IMG/VR virus record: IMGVR_UViG_3300032329_000471
Span: 64,001-121,793 of that record
From: a virus
Taxonomy: Duplodnaviria; Heunggongvirae; Uroviricota; Caudoviricetes
Reading direction: 5' to 3' (one strand)
DNA length: 57,793 nucleotides
The translations under genes were made by a program, and so were the position numbers. Positions 37,517 through 47,279 of this stretch are shown here, piece by piece (positions within the stretch are counted from its first letter, which is position 1; each line of letters opens with the position of its first letter). The notes beneath the pieces are model-generated. The model was not told the origin of the DNA. It saw only the letters and a program-made list of their open reading frames with translations, and did no database searches.

Positions 37517-39442
37517 TTAAAATAATGATAATTGTTTAACGTTTCTGTTTTTTACCTTTTCTATCTGATTGATTTCTTTATAAATAGCTTCTAGATAATA
37601 ACTAAAATTAATGTCATAAGATTCAAACGGTTTATTAATATCTATCTCATTAGCTACTATTTGTCTCCATACACCAGCTTCTACTTGTAACTCTCTTCCG
37701 TCAGTATGACATTTTATAAGCTTAGTACCGCGATTAGATACATAATACCTAACAATCTTTTTAAGCTTTGTTACTTGTTGTTGATTATTAACAAAGTCTC
37801 TACCTTCATAATGCCATCCAGATTTAGCTTTTACACCTCCACAATAATCAAAAATGTTAGTGTTAGTTGCTAAGAAGTCTTCAGGTTTTACACCATTAAC
37901 AAAATACGCGTGGATAGCTTTAGGAATAATCAAGAAAGATTTATTCTTGTGTAACGTAGCTGTTTTCTTTTTATCAAGATCTTCCCACTCAAATCTACCT
38001 TTACATTTTACTTTACCTTTCTTATTTACCGCGATATAATTATTTACATCACCGATAACCATTTTGGTATATTCATCATGTTCAAGTTGAAGTTTAGTAA
38101 GTAGTTCCCATTGATGACATACTGACATATAAGTAGAAACCGCTGTAACAGGAATCATCATCTCTAAACCATCTGTATTCTGCATAAGAGGTGCAGCATC
38201 AGGTATAGCTTCACACAACATCTCGTACAACATACTTAACAGTAGTTGTCCATTAATAGTGATTTGCATGGTCATCTTAGGATCATAAAGAAAACTATTT
38301 TCATCACCAGATAAACCATATGTACTATTAAGAATAATCTTATATACATAGTTTCTAGGATCTGTTTTAGGAATCTTCACTCTCTCATTAAAAAACCACT
38401 CATACTGTTCACAGAATTCTTTTTGAGGAAGATGTCCCGGATGAAAACCGTTACGAATAGCTAGATTTGGATAATAGCTCACAACATCTGAAGAAATAAT
38501 TACATAACCGGGTTTAGCTTCATACACACCCATATCTGCAGCTCCATGGATACCACCAAGTCCATAATCAGTTTTAACTCCTCTATTTATAAGAGAATAC
38601 TTAAATCCATCTTTTGTAGATGTAATAACTGTTTTTTTAAAAAAGTCGTGTAGCTTTTGAAACTCTGGAGTTTTAAACTTAACATAAGGAAGAATACAAT
38701 CAGCTAACACTATATAACTACGTGGAGTACGCATGTCTTTTATAACACTTTTATCAAGTCCTGTCTTTTTAGAAAGAAAGAACATAAATAACTCTTTAGA
38801 TATACGAGGTTCAGAAGCTGAATATAGATCTACACCGTATTCTGTAGTAAGAAGTGTTCTTAAACTTAGTTGTTCTTTTGATAAGTGTAAAATTTGTTTA
38901 GTACTCTTTACATCATTGACACAATAATCAACAATCATATCTAGAGTCTTTTGATCGGGTACCGGTTCATAATGCGGATGAGGCATCTCTTCTACATTAT
39001 ACCAGTCCATAGAATACTGTATCCATTTAAGACTAGACATCTTGGCTTTATTATCCCAATGGTTCATCTTAAAAAGATCAATACACTTAATCTTAAATTG
39101 TCTAGGAGTAAACTCAGCAAATTCAGATCTGTTTTTACGATCTATAACATCTTGAGCGTATTTATATATCCAGGAAGCAAGATCTTTTCCTGACATATGT
39201 ATGAGTTTGTGTTTCTCTCTTAACAGTTTTTCAGTAATCTGAGCGTCAAAAGCTATACCGTTGAAACTTATATGCCACTCGTTTTTAGTTATATTATTTT
39301 CTAAAAAAGATATTAAGTCTTTGAAATCATTCTGGTGTTCCCAGATAATAAACTTCTTTGTTTTATCCTCTTTGTAGTGTGTAAACACGGCTGTGAAAAG
39401 ATTTATAATCGTTTCATAGTCCATTACGTAATGATCTGCCAT
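37517..39442 (-). CDS. polB: Family B DNA polymerase (crAss-like)
   Basis: Exo I MDYET, Exo II SFNGIAFD, Exo III YCVNDV; polymerase SDVVSYYPN, YKIILNSTYG, QNTDG, DVNNYIA. Confidence 0.93.
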   Translation of the reverse strand: MADHYVMDYETIINLFTAVFTHYKEDKTKKFIIWEHQNDFKDLISFLENNITKNEWHISFNGIAFDAQITEKLLREKHKLIHMSGKDLASWIYKYAQDVIDRKNRSEFAEFTPRQFKIKCIDLFKMNHWDNKAKMSSLKWIQYSMDWYNVEEMPHPHYEPVPDQKTLDMIVDYCVNDVKSTKQILHLSKEQLSLRTLLTTEYGVDLYSASEPRISKELFMFFLSKKTGLDKSVIKDMRTPRSYIVLADCILPYVKFKTPEFQKLHDFFKKTVITSTKDGFKYSLINRGVKTDYGLGGIHGAADMGVYEAKPGYVIISSDVVSYYPNLAIRNGFHPGHLPQKEFCEQYEWFFNERVKIPKTDPRNYVYKIILNSTYGLSGDENSFLYDPKMTMQITINGQLLLSMLYEMLCEAIPDAAPLMQNTDGLEMMIPVTAVSTYMSVCHQWELLTKLQLEHDEYTKMVIGDVNNYIAVNKKGKVKCKGRFEWEDLDKKKTATLHKNKSFLIIPKAIHAYFVNGVKPEDFLATNTNIFDYCGGVKAKSGWHYEGRDFVNNQQQVTKLKKIVRYYVSNRGTKLIKCHTDGRELQVEAGVWRQIVANEIDINKPFESYDINFSYYLEAIYKEINQIEKVKNRNVKQLSLF

Positions 39443-39480
39443 ATATATAATATTCAGTTAAGCTGTTTCCCCTTCTTAAG

Positions 39481-39510
39481 AAAAAAAAGGAGATCTAATT
39501 GATCTCCTTT
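39481..39510 (-). terminator. Intrinsic terminator
   Basis: AAAGGAGATC-x5-GATCTCCTTT with an additional T-run on the minus strand. Confidence 0.8.
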
Positions 39511-39521
39511 GTTGGTTTATT

Positions 39522-39923
39522 TTAAACAGTGACAATAGACTTTTTGACCGCGGTAGGATTGAAAGCTTCATCTAAAATACTAAGATCAAATGTATCAGTG
39601 TTTGTTGCAAACATTTGAACAAACTGTTTAATTTCATCTTCGTTACTTATAAAGTATTCATAGAAAGTTTCTAACGCTTTTCTTTCTTCAGCATAGTCTT
39701 TTCCATTAGCTCTCTTACCTATTTTCATAGCTGTAGGATCTCCCCATTCATTAAGTTTAGCCATCATATGAAAAGTTTCTTTCTTTTCTTTTCCAATAAC
39801 AACTAACACTTTATCTTCTGGATCAAATATTACCTCGTTGTACGGACAAATTGGTGACACTGGAATCATCTTGAAAGTCTTTCTAACTCCCCAAGATGAT
39901 GTAATCAAAATCATTGACTTCAT
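39522..39923 (-). CDS. Hypothetical protein (start revised to 39923)
   Basis: MKSMILITSSWG...; the track start at 39947 lies inside the promoter -7 box. Confidence 0.7.
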   Translation of the reverse strand: MKSMILITSSWGVRKTFKMIPVSPICPYNEVIFDPEDKVLVVIGKEKKETFHMMAKLNEWGDPTAMKIGKRANGKDYAEERKALETFYEYFISNEDEIKQFVQMFATNTDTFDLSILDEAFNPTAVKKSIVTV

Positions 39924-39944
39924 AAATCTAAACTTTATTTTTTG

Positions 39945-39975
39945 CAAAGCTACTTATTTTACATCAATACTCAAA
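39945..39975 (-). promoter_or_regulatory. Bacteroidota primary-sigma promoter
   Basis: TTTG (39975-39972), 19-nt spacer, TAGCTTTG (39952-39945); matches the TTTG-N19-21-TAnnTTTG consensus. Confidence 0.75.
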
Positions 39976-40487
39976 GTTTCTTTTTCGATATCGTATTTAT
40001 CACACAATTCTCCAACTTCTTTAAGTACACTCAATTTTACATTCAGAAGTTTAGCATACACATCCATGTATTTTTCTGGATACAGATAAGTTTTCATATA
40101 GAGGTACTCTGATGATAGAGGACCAAAATAATCTTTAATGTGTGATTTCATATCTTTAGATAATTTAGAATACTTTCCTTCTAGAAAATACTTCCAATCT
40201 TCTTTATACTCTGTAAATTTAAACATGTATAGTTTAAACCCATCAGCTTCAATCACATATTCAAACAACTTATTGGATTGTAATACGTTCTTTTCAAATG
40301 TTTTAAAGACACTAGTGTCTTCAGCTTTATACGCACATACTAATATCATATCCTCCACTCCTATTTTATCTTTAATAGACAAGTATACACCAGCCGGTGT
40401 AAAAGGATTTTTCTTATTTATACCAAGTGCGGGAAATAAAAAAGATCTAGATTTTTGAAAATATTTATCGTATAAGCTACTAATCAT
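39954..40487 (-). CDS. Hypothetical protein
   Basis: 177-aa ORF in the replication operon (YFQKSRSFLFPALGI; YMKTYLYPEKY). Confidence 0.7.
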   Translation of the reverse strand: MISSLYDKYFQKSRSFLFPALGINKKNPFTPAGVYLSIKDKIGVEDMILVCAYKAEDTSVFKTFEKNVLQSNKLFEYVIEADGFKLYMFKFTEYKEDWKYFLEGKYSKLSKDMKSHIKDYFGPLSSEYLYMKTYLYPEKYMDVYAKLLNVKLSVLKEVGELCDKYDIEKETLSIDVK

Positions 40488-40497
40488 AATTTGTTAT

Positions 40498-41517
40498 TTA
40501 TAAAACTACGTTTCCTACAGCAAAGTCGTATGGAAGACTATAGTCTTTATTTATATAATGCCACTCAGCTTTGTTTAAGACCTCTTTCATTCTTTCTAAC
40601 CAGCTGTTCATTGTTAAATCACTCACTTTAAAAGGATATACTAAAAATGATTTATCTATTACAATAAAACGAAACTCCACTTTATAACCAGCATCTATAA
40701 GACGCGCGTAATTAACGTGAACTAATGACATATATACAACAGCTTGTAACCAATAAGAATAAAACTCTACAGTTTCTGAAAAATCTTTTAGTTCTTTACT
40801 TGTTGTTTTAATATCATTAATACGTATTACTTTTTTATCATTATCAATTACAAGATTATCCAATATACCTTTAATTCCAAAAGGTTTACCGGCAACATTC
40901 ATTGAGAGTTCTATTTCACTATATACTTCAACATCATCAAAATCAGTAGCGCTACATCCTATAAGATTACATATCAAACTGTCTTGCTTTATCAAATCAA
41001 CAGCTTCTTTACAGTAGTTGTAATCCTCTACAGATATTAGAGATTTTCCTTTCTTTTGTTTTAAAAAACTCCAGTATGATTTTGTTTCAGAAGTGATTAT
41101 TTTATCAAATCTTTGATCATCTGTTTTTAAACTTTGATGTAGATTCATATCTGTCAATACATCAAGGATCGCGTTTTTAAATTCATCTAAGTTTTCTCTT
41201 CCATCATCAGACAACTCTGAGTAATGTTTAAAAACTCTATCCACTACAGCTTTTGTATTACCTGTAGGAAGAGTATCGGGAGAAACAACAAACAATTTTT
41301 CAAAGTTATGTTCTTCTAATAACAAACAATGTACAAGTTTACCTTGTACTAAATGGTTATCCAACTTTTCTTCTTTGTTTCCTAATATATAAGATTGATA
41401 GAAAAACGCGGGATTCCACATCAGTTGTTTTAAAGAACTATAACTAAACATCATTTGTTTACTATAGAACTCATTTTGTAAATGTTCCATAGTTTCTCTT
41501 AATAAATCCTCAAGCAT
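40498..41517 (-). CDS. PD-(D/E)XK (RecB/Cas4-like) exonuclease
   Basis: FSYSSLK, GKLVHCLLLE, SEIEL, IKGILDNL, INDIKTT, YWLQAVVY. Confidence 0.8.
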   Translation of the reverse strand: MLEDLLRETMEHLQNEFYSKQMMFSYSSLKQLMWNPAFFYQSYILGNKEEKLDNHLVQGKLVHCLLLEEHNFEKLFVVSPDTLPTGNTKAVVDRVFKHYSELSDDGRENLDEFKNAILDVLTDMNLHQSLKTDDQRFDKIITSETKSYWSFLKQKKGKSLISVEDYNYCKEAVDLIKQDSLICNLIGCSATDFDDVEVYSEIELSMNVAGKPFGIKGILDNLVIDNDKKVIRINDIKTTSKELKDFSETVEFYSYWLQAVVYMSLVHVNYARLIDAGYKVEFRFIVIDKSFLVYPFKVSDLTMNSWLERMKEVLNKAEWHYINKDYSLPYDFAVGNVVL

Positions 41518-41529
41518 ATATTTTATTTT

Positions 41530-41718
41530 TTATAATTTGTTAGATTCAGCTTTTTTCCATAAGCCTTTTTCTTCTAGAAAAATACGAATTCTATTTCCTG
41601 TTCTAAAATCTGTAGTAAAAGCTTCTGTAAGTTCTAGAAATCTATACACCTCGCAGAGTTCTTCTTTCACTTTACCTATATCATCTTCTGATAACATACC
41701 ATCTAAGAATTCACTCAT
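41530..41718 (-). CDS. Hypothetical protein
   Basis: 62 aa; ATG overlaps the upstream TGA. Confidence 0.6.
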   Translation of the reverse strand: MSEFLDGMLSEDDIGKVKEELCEVYRFLELTEAFTTDFRTGNRIRIFLEEKGLWKKAESNKL

Positions 41719-42101
41719 TTCTTTCTATCTTTTTGTGTTTTTTTGTCATGACAATTTATACATAGTACCTGTAGCCCTTCAACCTCTACAAATAATCTTC
41801 CTACAAACCCTTCTAGATCAGCACCACAGTTAAGAGCTCCGGCTGGTATAATGTGATCAATATTAATATCTTTCTCCATAAACCACTCTTTACAAATGTT
41901 ACATTGGTATTCATACTTTTGTCTTTTGTTAACTCCTTTATAAATACGTCTTGCTTCTAGTTTAACCTGTGTTACAGGTGGCCACCATCTACTTTTTTGT
42001 CTAAGAGCGCTTCTGATGAAAGTCCAGTACACAGCTTCACTCATTGTACCACCAGCTCTTGTTTTAGCAACTCTAGATTTCACTACTTTCTTTGCTTTCA
42101 T
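41715..42101 (-). CDS. HNH-type nuclease with zinc motifs
   Basis: CNIC...NIDHIIP...LQVLCINCHDKKT. Confidence 0.75.
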   Translation of the reverse strand: MKAKKVVKSRVAKTRAGGTMSEAVYWTFIRSALRQKSRWWPPVTQVKLEARRIYKGVNKRQKYEYQCNICKEWFMEKDINIDHIIPAGALNCGADLEGFVGRLFVEVEGLQVLCINCHDKKTQKDRKK

Positions 42102-43083
42102 CCGGCAAAGATATAAGTTTATCTATTATTGGAACAAGTCTATTTCTAACTTGTAAAGGTCCATGATCACGAATACTATCTGAAGGATCTTTACTCATTG
42201 GTAGATAACATACATGAATATAAGGATATGTTTCTTTATACTTTACCATAGCCGCTTTACCTGGTTCATCATTATCAAACATTACAAGAATCTTCTTATA
42301 GTTTAAACGATAGATTTCCATATCAGCTGCTTTAATCAAAGTGTTTTCAGAATCAGGAGCTATTATATCTATATTCTTAAGCTTCAGACTTTTAATAGCC
42401 ATTATATCTTTAAGACTAGATGTTATTAACAAAAACTGATTTAAATTAATTTGATCAAATCCTTGAATATAATCTTTAACTTTAATAAATTTTTTATCCA
42501 AAGTTTTGGGTTGGTAAATTTTATACAAACTCCCATCTTTTCTAAAATATCCATATAAATAACTACCTCTGATAGTTAGTGTAATAGGACCAGCGTCTGT
42601 AGTTTTTTCCATAAGATAACTTTCAAGCGGTCTTACATTATGTTCTGTAAGAAGCTTTGATCCTATGTTAAACTGAGTCCAGAAATATTGATCTTTAGAT
42701 GTCCAGGATCTAAACACTACAGATGTCACCTTATATCTTGATGACACTTTAAACTTTGACATATTATATCCTCCATTATTATGAAGAACAAAGTCATTGT
42801 AATTTTCTATAATGATTTCAGATGCTTTATGAAAAGGAACGTTATATAGTTCTTTTACAAGATCTACAGCGGATCCTCCTTTACCTGTAGAGAAATCCTT
42901 AAATCTATATTGACCACTTGTACAGTAAATAGAAAAACTAGGTGTTCTTTCTTCAGGATTAAATATACTTTTAATCTTTACTTCAGAACCATCTAATTTA
43001 TGTTTCAGTTTACAAAAGTGTTCAAATATCCAAGGAATAGGTATCTGCTTTACATCATTTACAAGATTCTTAGTGTTAAACAT
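42073..43083 (-). CDS. DNA primase (DnaG-like, TOPRIM)
   Basis: SIFNPEERTPSF, FKDFSTGKGG, ITSSLKDIM, MFDNDEPG, KDPSD. Confidence 0.85.
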   Translation of the reverse strand: MFNTKNLVNDVKQIPIPWIFEHFCKLKHKLDGSEVKIKSIFNPEERTPSFSIYCTSGQYRFKDFSTGKGGSAVDLVKELYNVPFHKASEIIIENYNDFVLHNNGGYNMSKFKVSSRYKVTSVVFRSWTSKDQYFWTQFNIGSKLLTEHNVRPLESYLMEKTTDAGPITLTIRGSYLYGYFRKDGSLYKIYQPKTLDKKFIKVKDYIQGFDQINLNQFLLITSSLKDIMAIKSLKLKNIDIIAPDSENTLIKAADMEIYRLNYKKILVMFDNDEPGKAAMVKYKETYPYIHVCYLPMSKDPSDSIRDHGPLQVRNRLVPIIDKLISLPDESKESSEI

Positions 43084-43094
43084 AAAAACAGTTT

Positions 43095-43134
43095 AAAAAA
43101 ATAGGGGATCCCTATTAAAGAATCCCCCTTTTTT
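43095..43134 (-). terminator. Intrinsic terminator
   Basis: GGGGAT/ATCCCC stem flanked by A- and T-runs; an alternative AATAGGG/CCCTATT hairpin overlaps it. Confidence 0.7.
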
Positions 43135-43152
43135 AATCAATAGCAACAATGA

Positions 43153-43773
43153 TTACATATCAAAATCAGAACCAGCGTCAAAACTTGCTACAGGTATAGA
43201 TGGAGCTAAAGCTTTGTAATGATATATGTTAGTTTTATCAAATACATCAAGCTTACTTATGTCTTTAGCTACATATTTATACTTAGGAAGAGAAAGTTTA
43301 ACGATGGTTTTACCATTATATTCTTCTTCTGTTCCTTTTAAAAACCAATTAAGATCATGTCCTTTTAATACATCAATAGCTTTGTCAACCCAAGTTTCAA
43401 TATTTGTAATATTATGCTTTTGACCAATCTCATCAATTTCTTTTCTCAAACCTAGTTGATCAGAAATAAATACAAGCTTACTTAAGATTTCGTTTTTAGC
43501 AAGTTCTTGACTATTATACTCAGCTGTATAAACAGTAGCTACTACTTTACCAGTAGGACCAGCATACTTAGGACCAGTTGGGTTATCTTTATCAATTGGC
43601 CATCCTTCGAAGTCAGGAACTATTTCCCCTTCTAATAAAAGATCCAACACTTTCTTATCACCTTTTGATGATGTTCTTACTAAGCCACTTAAAATATGGG
43701 CTTTTACTACTCCTGGTGTTAGACTCTTTGATCCACCACCACTTTTTACTTCTTGTCCTTGTGTACTAAACAT
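43153..43773 (-). CDS. Putative single-stranded DNA-binding protein
   Basis: Acidic-aromatic C-terminal tail (FDAGSDFDM); located between the Sak4-like ATPase and primase. Confidence 0.4.
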   Translation of the reverse strand: MFSTQGQEVKSGGGSKSLTPGVVKAHILSGLVRTSSKGDKKVLDLLLEGEIVPDFEGWPIDKDNPTGPKYAGPTGKVVATVYTAEYNSQELAKNEILSKLVFISDQLGLRKEIDEIGQKHNITNIETWVDKAIDVLKGHDLNWFLKGTEEEYNGKTIVKLSLPKYKYVAKDISKLDVFDKTNIYHYKALAPSIPVASFDAGSDFDM

Positions 43774-43784
43774 GTGTGTTTTTT

Positions 43785-44468
43785 TTAATTTTCGTAATCA
43801 ATAATTCCTTTTCTAACCAGTTCTAAATCATTAGGTATTTCTAATGTTAGAAACATTCCTCTCGGAGATTTACATGTGTTATCTCCTATTGTTTGAGTTT
43901 CAAATACATAACGAATTGTTCCATCTTTATCTTTTTTAACTTTACCAAACAACACTATAGAAAATAAACCTTCGAGTGTTAGTTTCTCATCAATAAGTTT
44001 TCCTATTGTTTTAGCTTTCACCTTACGTTTACCTTCTATATCTACGCTTTCTTCAGCGTGTGTTAAATAAAAAACAGTTAGGTCTTCTCTCAAATTCTGA
44101 GGAAGTCTGGATAATTTAGATAATTTACTACCAATTTGAGTAAATTTTTCATACCCTTTTTCATTTATCTTATCAAAAAACTCAAATGAACTTACATACT
44201 GAAAATCATCTATAACAATAGTGGTGATTTCAGGACGCTTTTCATTTACATACTTGATACAAGCCTCAATACTTTCAGCATCATGTCTACTGATAATATT
44301 ACCTTTAGGACTATCTTTACTCCAAGCTACATATTTAGACTTCCATCCTTTAAATGGAAGTGGTTTATTAGCTACATTGATTATAAAAGTCTCAGAAGGA
44401 TTTAGACTTTCAATACTTGTACTTTTTCCGGAACCTGATTCCGCAATAATTAAAACACCTCTTCCCAT
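43785..44468 (-). CDS. AAA_24 / Sak4-like ATPase (start revised to 44468)
   Basis: GVLIIAESGSGKSTS, TIVIDDFQY, FYLTH, KAKTIGK, CKSPRGMF. Confidence 0.8.
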   Translation of the reverse strand: MGRGVLIIAESGSGKSTSIESLNPSETFIINVANKPLPFKGWKSKYVAWSKDSPKGNIISRHDAESIEACIKYVNEKRPEITTIVIDDFQYVSSFEFFDKINEKGYEKFTQIGSKLSKLSRLPQNLREDLTVFYLTHAEESVDIEGKRKVKAKTIGKLIDEKLTLEGLFSIVLFGKVKKDKDGTIRYVFETQTIGDNTCKSPRGMFLTLEIPNDLELVRKGIIDYEN

Positions 44469-44473
44469 AATTT

Positions 44474-45085
44474 TTACTTCTGATTTTTGATTAAATCGTT
44501 TAACCAATGTTTGTTTGATACTGGATTACCCGTGTGTATCGCATAATAATCTCTTATTGTCATATCTGAATAAGGAGCATCATCTACAGATGTAGAAGAT
44601 ATAGATATAGGAGCTTTGAAGAAAGTAACCGCGGGATTTTTAGTTTCTTGTTTACTGTTTTTCAAAACACTATCACTACTTATCGCTGCAGACGATTTAG
44701 ATATAGCAACTGATGTTGGGTTAACAATTCTTAATTCTTCTAATGGAACATAATACGAACCTCTTTCATTAAGTTCATACTCATCTTCAAAATGTGGATT
44801 ATAAGGAACTCTATATACAGTTCTTTCGTTTGTAATAGGTTTATAATCTCTACCAATTACTTCAATATACAATCCTGATGGTCTTCTAAACTCACTTGGG
44901 AAGATTCCCACTACTGTTTTGTTTAGATATTTACCAGTGCTTGAATAAAAAGCCATCTTCATCTGAAAATCACCTGGAGTGATACCAAGATCTTTAATAA
45001 GATCGGCATGATACTCTCTAATAGTTTTTAACTGATGAACTTTGTAATCCGCCTCTGTAGCGAAACCTTCAAAAATACTTGACAT
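44474..45085 (-). CDS. Hypothetical protein
   Basis: 203 aa; C-terminal MTIRDYYAI motif. Confidence 0.7.
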   Translation of the reverse strand: MSSIFEGFATEADYKVHQLKTIREYHADLIKDLGITPGDFQMKMAFYSSTGKYLNKTVVGIFPSEFRRPSGLYIEVIGRDYKPITNERTVYRVPYNPHFEDEYELNERGSYYVPLEELRIVNPTSVAISKSSAAISSDSVLKNSKQETKNPAVTFFKAPISISSTSVDDAPYSDMTIRDYYAIHTGNPVSNKHWLNDLIKNQK

Positions 45086-45110
45086 GTGTAATGTGTTAAT
45101 GTGAAAAATG

Positions 45111-46124
45111 TTAAGTGGTGCGCCATTTTACAGCTTTAGCTCCTCCATTATTAGGAGCTGAGCTTACTACTGGAGGAGCGACTTCTATCATTCTACCACG
45201 ATTGAACTCTGCTTTCATAAAAACAAGATTACTGTTGTTAGGACTGTTTCTTGATTTAATAATATGCATTGCGATATCATCACTTGTCATAATATAACCA
45301 TTAGGACCATACACTGGTACATCAGCTATAAAAGGACGGTTCATAACACTCACCATATCTGAACATTGCATAAGAGCGTCACCACCAAATATATCAGAAC
45401 TAGTTGGATAATTAGCTATGTTACCTGGTAATTTTCTTACCGCATCATCAATACCTCTGTTAAGTTGACTTAACATGATAATAATAACTGGTAAATCTCT
45501 TTTAACATTCATCAAAGTTTCAGCCGTGTTGTAAAGAGTAGAAATCTTCTCCTTTTCTGTTATGGACTGTTTAATTAACCAACTATGATCTATAGTGACA
45601 ATAAGAGGTTTACCACCCATCAGATTATAATAATGATGGATAGCCTTCTCAATATCCTTATGACCCATTGATTGACTAATTAAATAACGCATAATACCTA
45701 GCTTTTCTAAAGCTATAGTATCATGTAAATGTTGGATCATTTGTTTATGAGCAAAGTCTTCTAGTTCTCTATACGCACTAAGAACAGTGTTGTAATCTAG
45801 AGCTGTCTCTGCAGCGAAAGCTCTTGAAGCATACTGTTTAGTACCCATTTCAAACTGAAACTCTAAAATACTAAAATCCATTTTAGGATTTAACATTCTA
45901 GACTCTCTTAGAATTTGACTTACAATCATAGTTTTACCAGATCCGGGTCTAGCACCTATAGTCCATAGGGAGCCCCACTCTAAACCATTTACTCCGGAAC
46001 TATTAATTCCGTTCCATGGTGTCAAAAAAGAAACGTTTTTACCTTTCTTTCTATCTTCTACATAAATCAGACCTTCCCTAAGAATTTCCGAATACCTTTT
46101 TCCGCCAAATATTTCATTATCCAT
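45111..46124 (-). CDS. dnaB: Replicative DnaB-like helicase
   Basis: IGARPGSGKT, VTIDHSWL, MLSQLNR, SDIFGGDALMQCSD, HIIKSRN. Confidence 0.88.
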   Translation of the reverse strand: MDNEIFGGKRYSEILREGLIYVEDRKKGKNVSFLTPWNGINSSGVNGLEWGSLWTIGARPGSGKTMIVSQILRESRMLNPKMDFSILEFQFEMGTKQYASRAFAAETALDYNTVLSAYRELEDFAHKQMIQHLHDTIALEKLGIMRYLISQSMGHKDIEKAIHHYYNLMGGKPLIVTIDHSWLIKQSITEKEKISTLYNTAETLMNVKRDLPVIIIMLSQLNRGIDDAVRKLPGNIANYPTSSDIFGGDALMQCSDMVSVMNRPFIADVPVYGPNGYIMTSDDIAMHIIKSRNSPNNSNLVFMKAEFNRGRMIEVAPPVVSSAPNNGGAKAVKWRTT

Positions 46125-46144
46125 ACACGGTATTAGGGGGTTTG

Positions 46145-46175
46145 CAAATATAAACTATTCATTTTAACCAACAAA
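46145..46175 (-). promoter_or_regulatory. Bacteroidota primary-sigma promoter upstream of dnaB
   Basis: TTTG (46175-46172), 19-nt spacer, TATATTTG (46152-46145). Confidence 0.8.
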
Positions 46176-46178
46176 TAA

Positions 46179-46757
46179 TTATATAGCTCTTGTTAAAATA
46201 GATGGATCATCTTTAATCATTTGACAATAATCAGCCAACTTAGATGACACTGTTTTATGAATATCCATTTTTTTTATAAAATAGCTACTACTCATTGTAA
46301 ATTGAAAGTTTACAAGTCTTTTTTGTATAATATAATATTGTGTTGCATCTAAAACAAGATCCCAATTGAACTCTTGATACGTTTTAAAAAACCATATAAA
46401 TTTATCTTTAAGTTCTTGAGTATTTTGTCTAGCTAACTCTCCAGAAGGAAATTTTCCATCTGGAAAGATCTCTCTATATTCATTTATTTTAGTAATAAAA
46501 TCTTCTCCAAGTACAGATGTTGTAACAACTTTTTTAGTTTTAACTAAATAAGTTTCAAACTCATCTAACATAGTCATAGCTGTATGACTTAATACACCAC
46601 TTTCATCTATATAACCTTTACTTTTTGCTATTTTGTATTCTTCGGTTACGTCTATTATTTGCGAAGGTTTTATCTTGTATCTGCAACAATCTAAGAAGTA
46701 CAGTTGGTTCGGGCTCAACTGATATCTGATCAAACTTGTCCATATCTGATGACTCAT
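46179..46757 (-). CDS. Hypothetical protein (possible helicase loader/initiator)
   Basis: 192 aa, immediately upstream of dnaB; the function is positional inference only. Confidence 0.6.
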   Translation of the reverse strand: MSHQIWTSLIRYQLSPNQLYFLDCCRYKIKPSQIIDVTEEYKIAKSKGYIDESGVLSHTAMTMLDEFETYLVKTKKVVTTSVLGEDFITKINEYREIFPDGKFPSGELARQNTQELKDKFIWFFKTYQEFNWDLVLDATQYYIIQKRLVNFQFTMSSSYFIKKMDIHKTVSSKLADYCQMIKDDPSILTRAI

Positions 46758-47196
46758 ATTTTTTTAATTTTAATCTATATATAGTGTTTATTTTATCAAA
46801 TAAAAGTTTAAAATCTGGATCGGTTTCTATAAAATCATTAAAGCTTTGTAAAGCGTGTACTACAGATGTATGATCTCTATTTAAAAATACAGCTATCTCT
46901 TTAAGAGTATATTTCATAGTTCTAGCTAAGAAACAAAAAATAACTCGTAACTCTACTAGTTTTCTTATTTTAGATTTATTACTTAAAGTAACTTTTACTC
47001 GAGGAATTTTAGGAAGAAAATCTTTAAATATATCACTTAATTCTTCTAAAGATATAACTATATTTTTATGATATACATCTAAAGTATATTTACTAAATAT
47101 AACGGGATAATATCCCATTTTTTCATAAAAATCATCTTTAAATTTTTCTATAAGTTTTGTCTCAAGTTTACATTCATAATCATCTATAACGTGCAT
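46618..47196 (-). CDS. DnaA C-terminal (domain IV) DNA-binding domain protein
   Basis: ELRVIFCFLAR..YTLKEIAVFLNRDHTSVVHAL matches the DnaA signature PRQIAMYL...GRDHTTVLHA; no AAA+ domain. Confidence 0.75.
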   Translation of the reverse strand: MHVIDDYECKLETKLIEKFKDDFYEKMGYYPVIFSKYTLDVYHKNIVISLEELSDIFKDFLPKIPRVKVTLSNKSKIRKLVELRVIFCFLARTMKYTLKEIAVFLNRDHTSVVHALQSFNDFIETDPDFKLLFDKINTIYRLKLKKYESSDMDKFDQISVEPEPTVLLRLLQIQDKTFANNRRNRRIQNSKK

Positions 47197-47279
47197 AGGC
47201 TAAATATTTATTTTTTTAAATGTTTTTAACAAAAAAGATGTATATTATATTGTACATTAAATACAAAACTTTATATACT

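Noticed and set aside
39441-39480. T4 gp43-like autoregulatory operator upstream of polB (GGGGAAACAGCTTAACTG)
   Set aside because: Only a 3-bp stem is possible, which is insufficient support.
47197-47279. DnaA boxes or iterons at the divergent gap
   Set aside because: No TTATCCACA-like repeats are seen, only AT-rich sequence.
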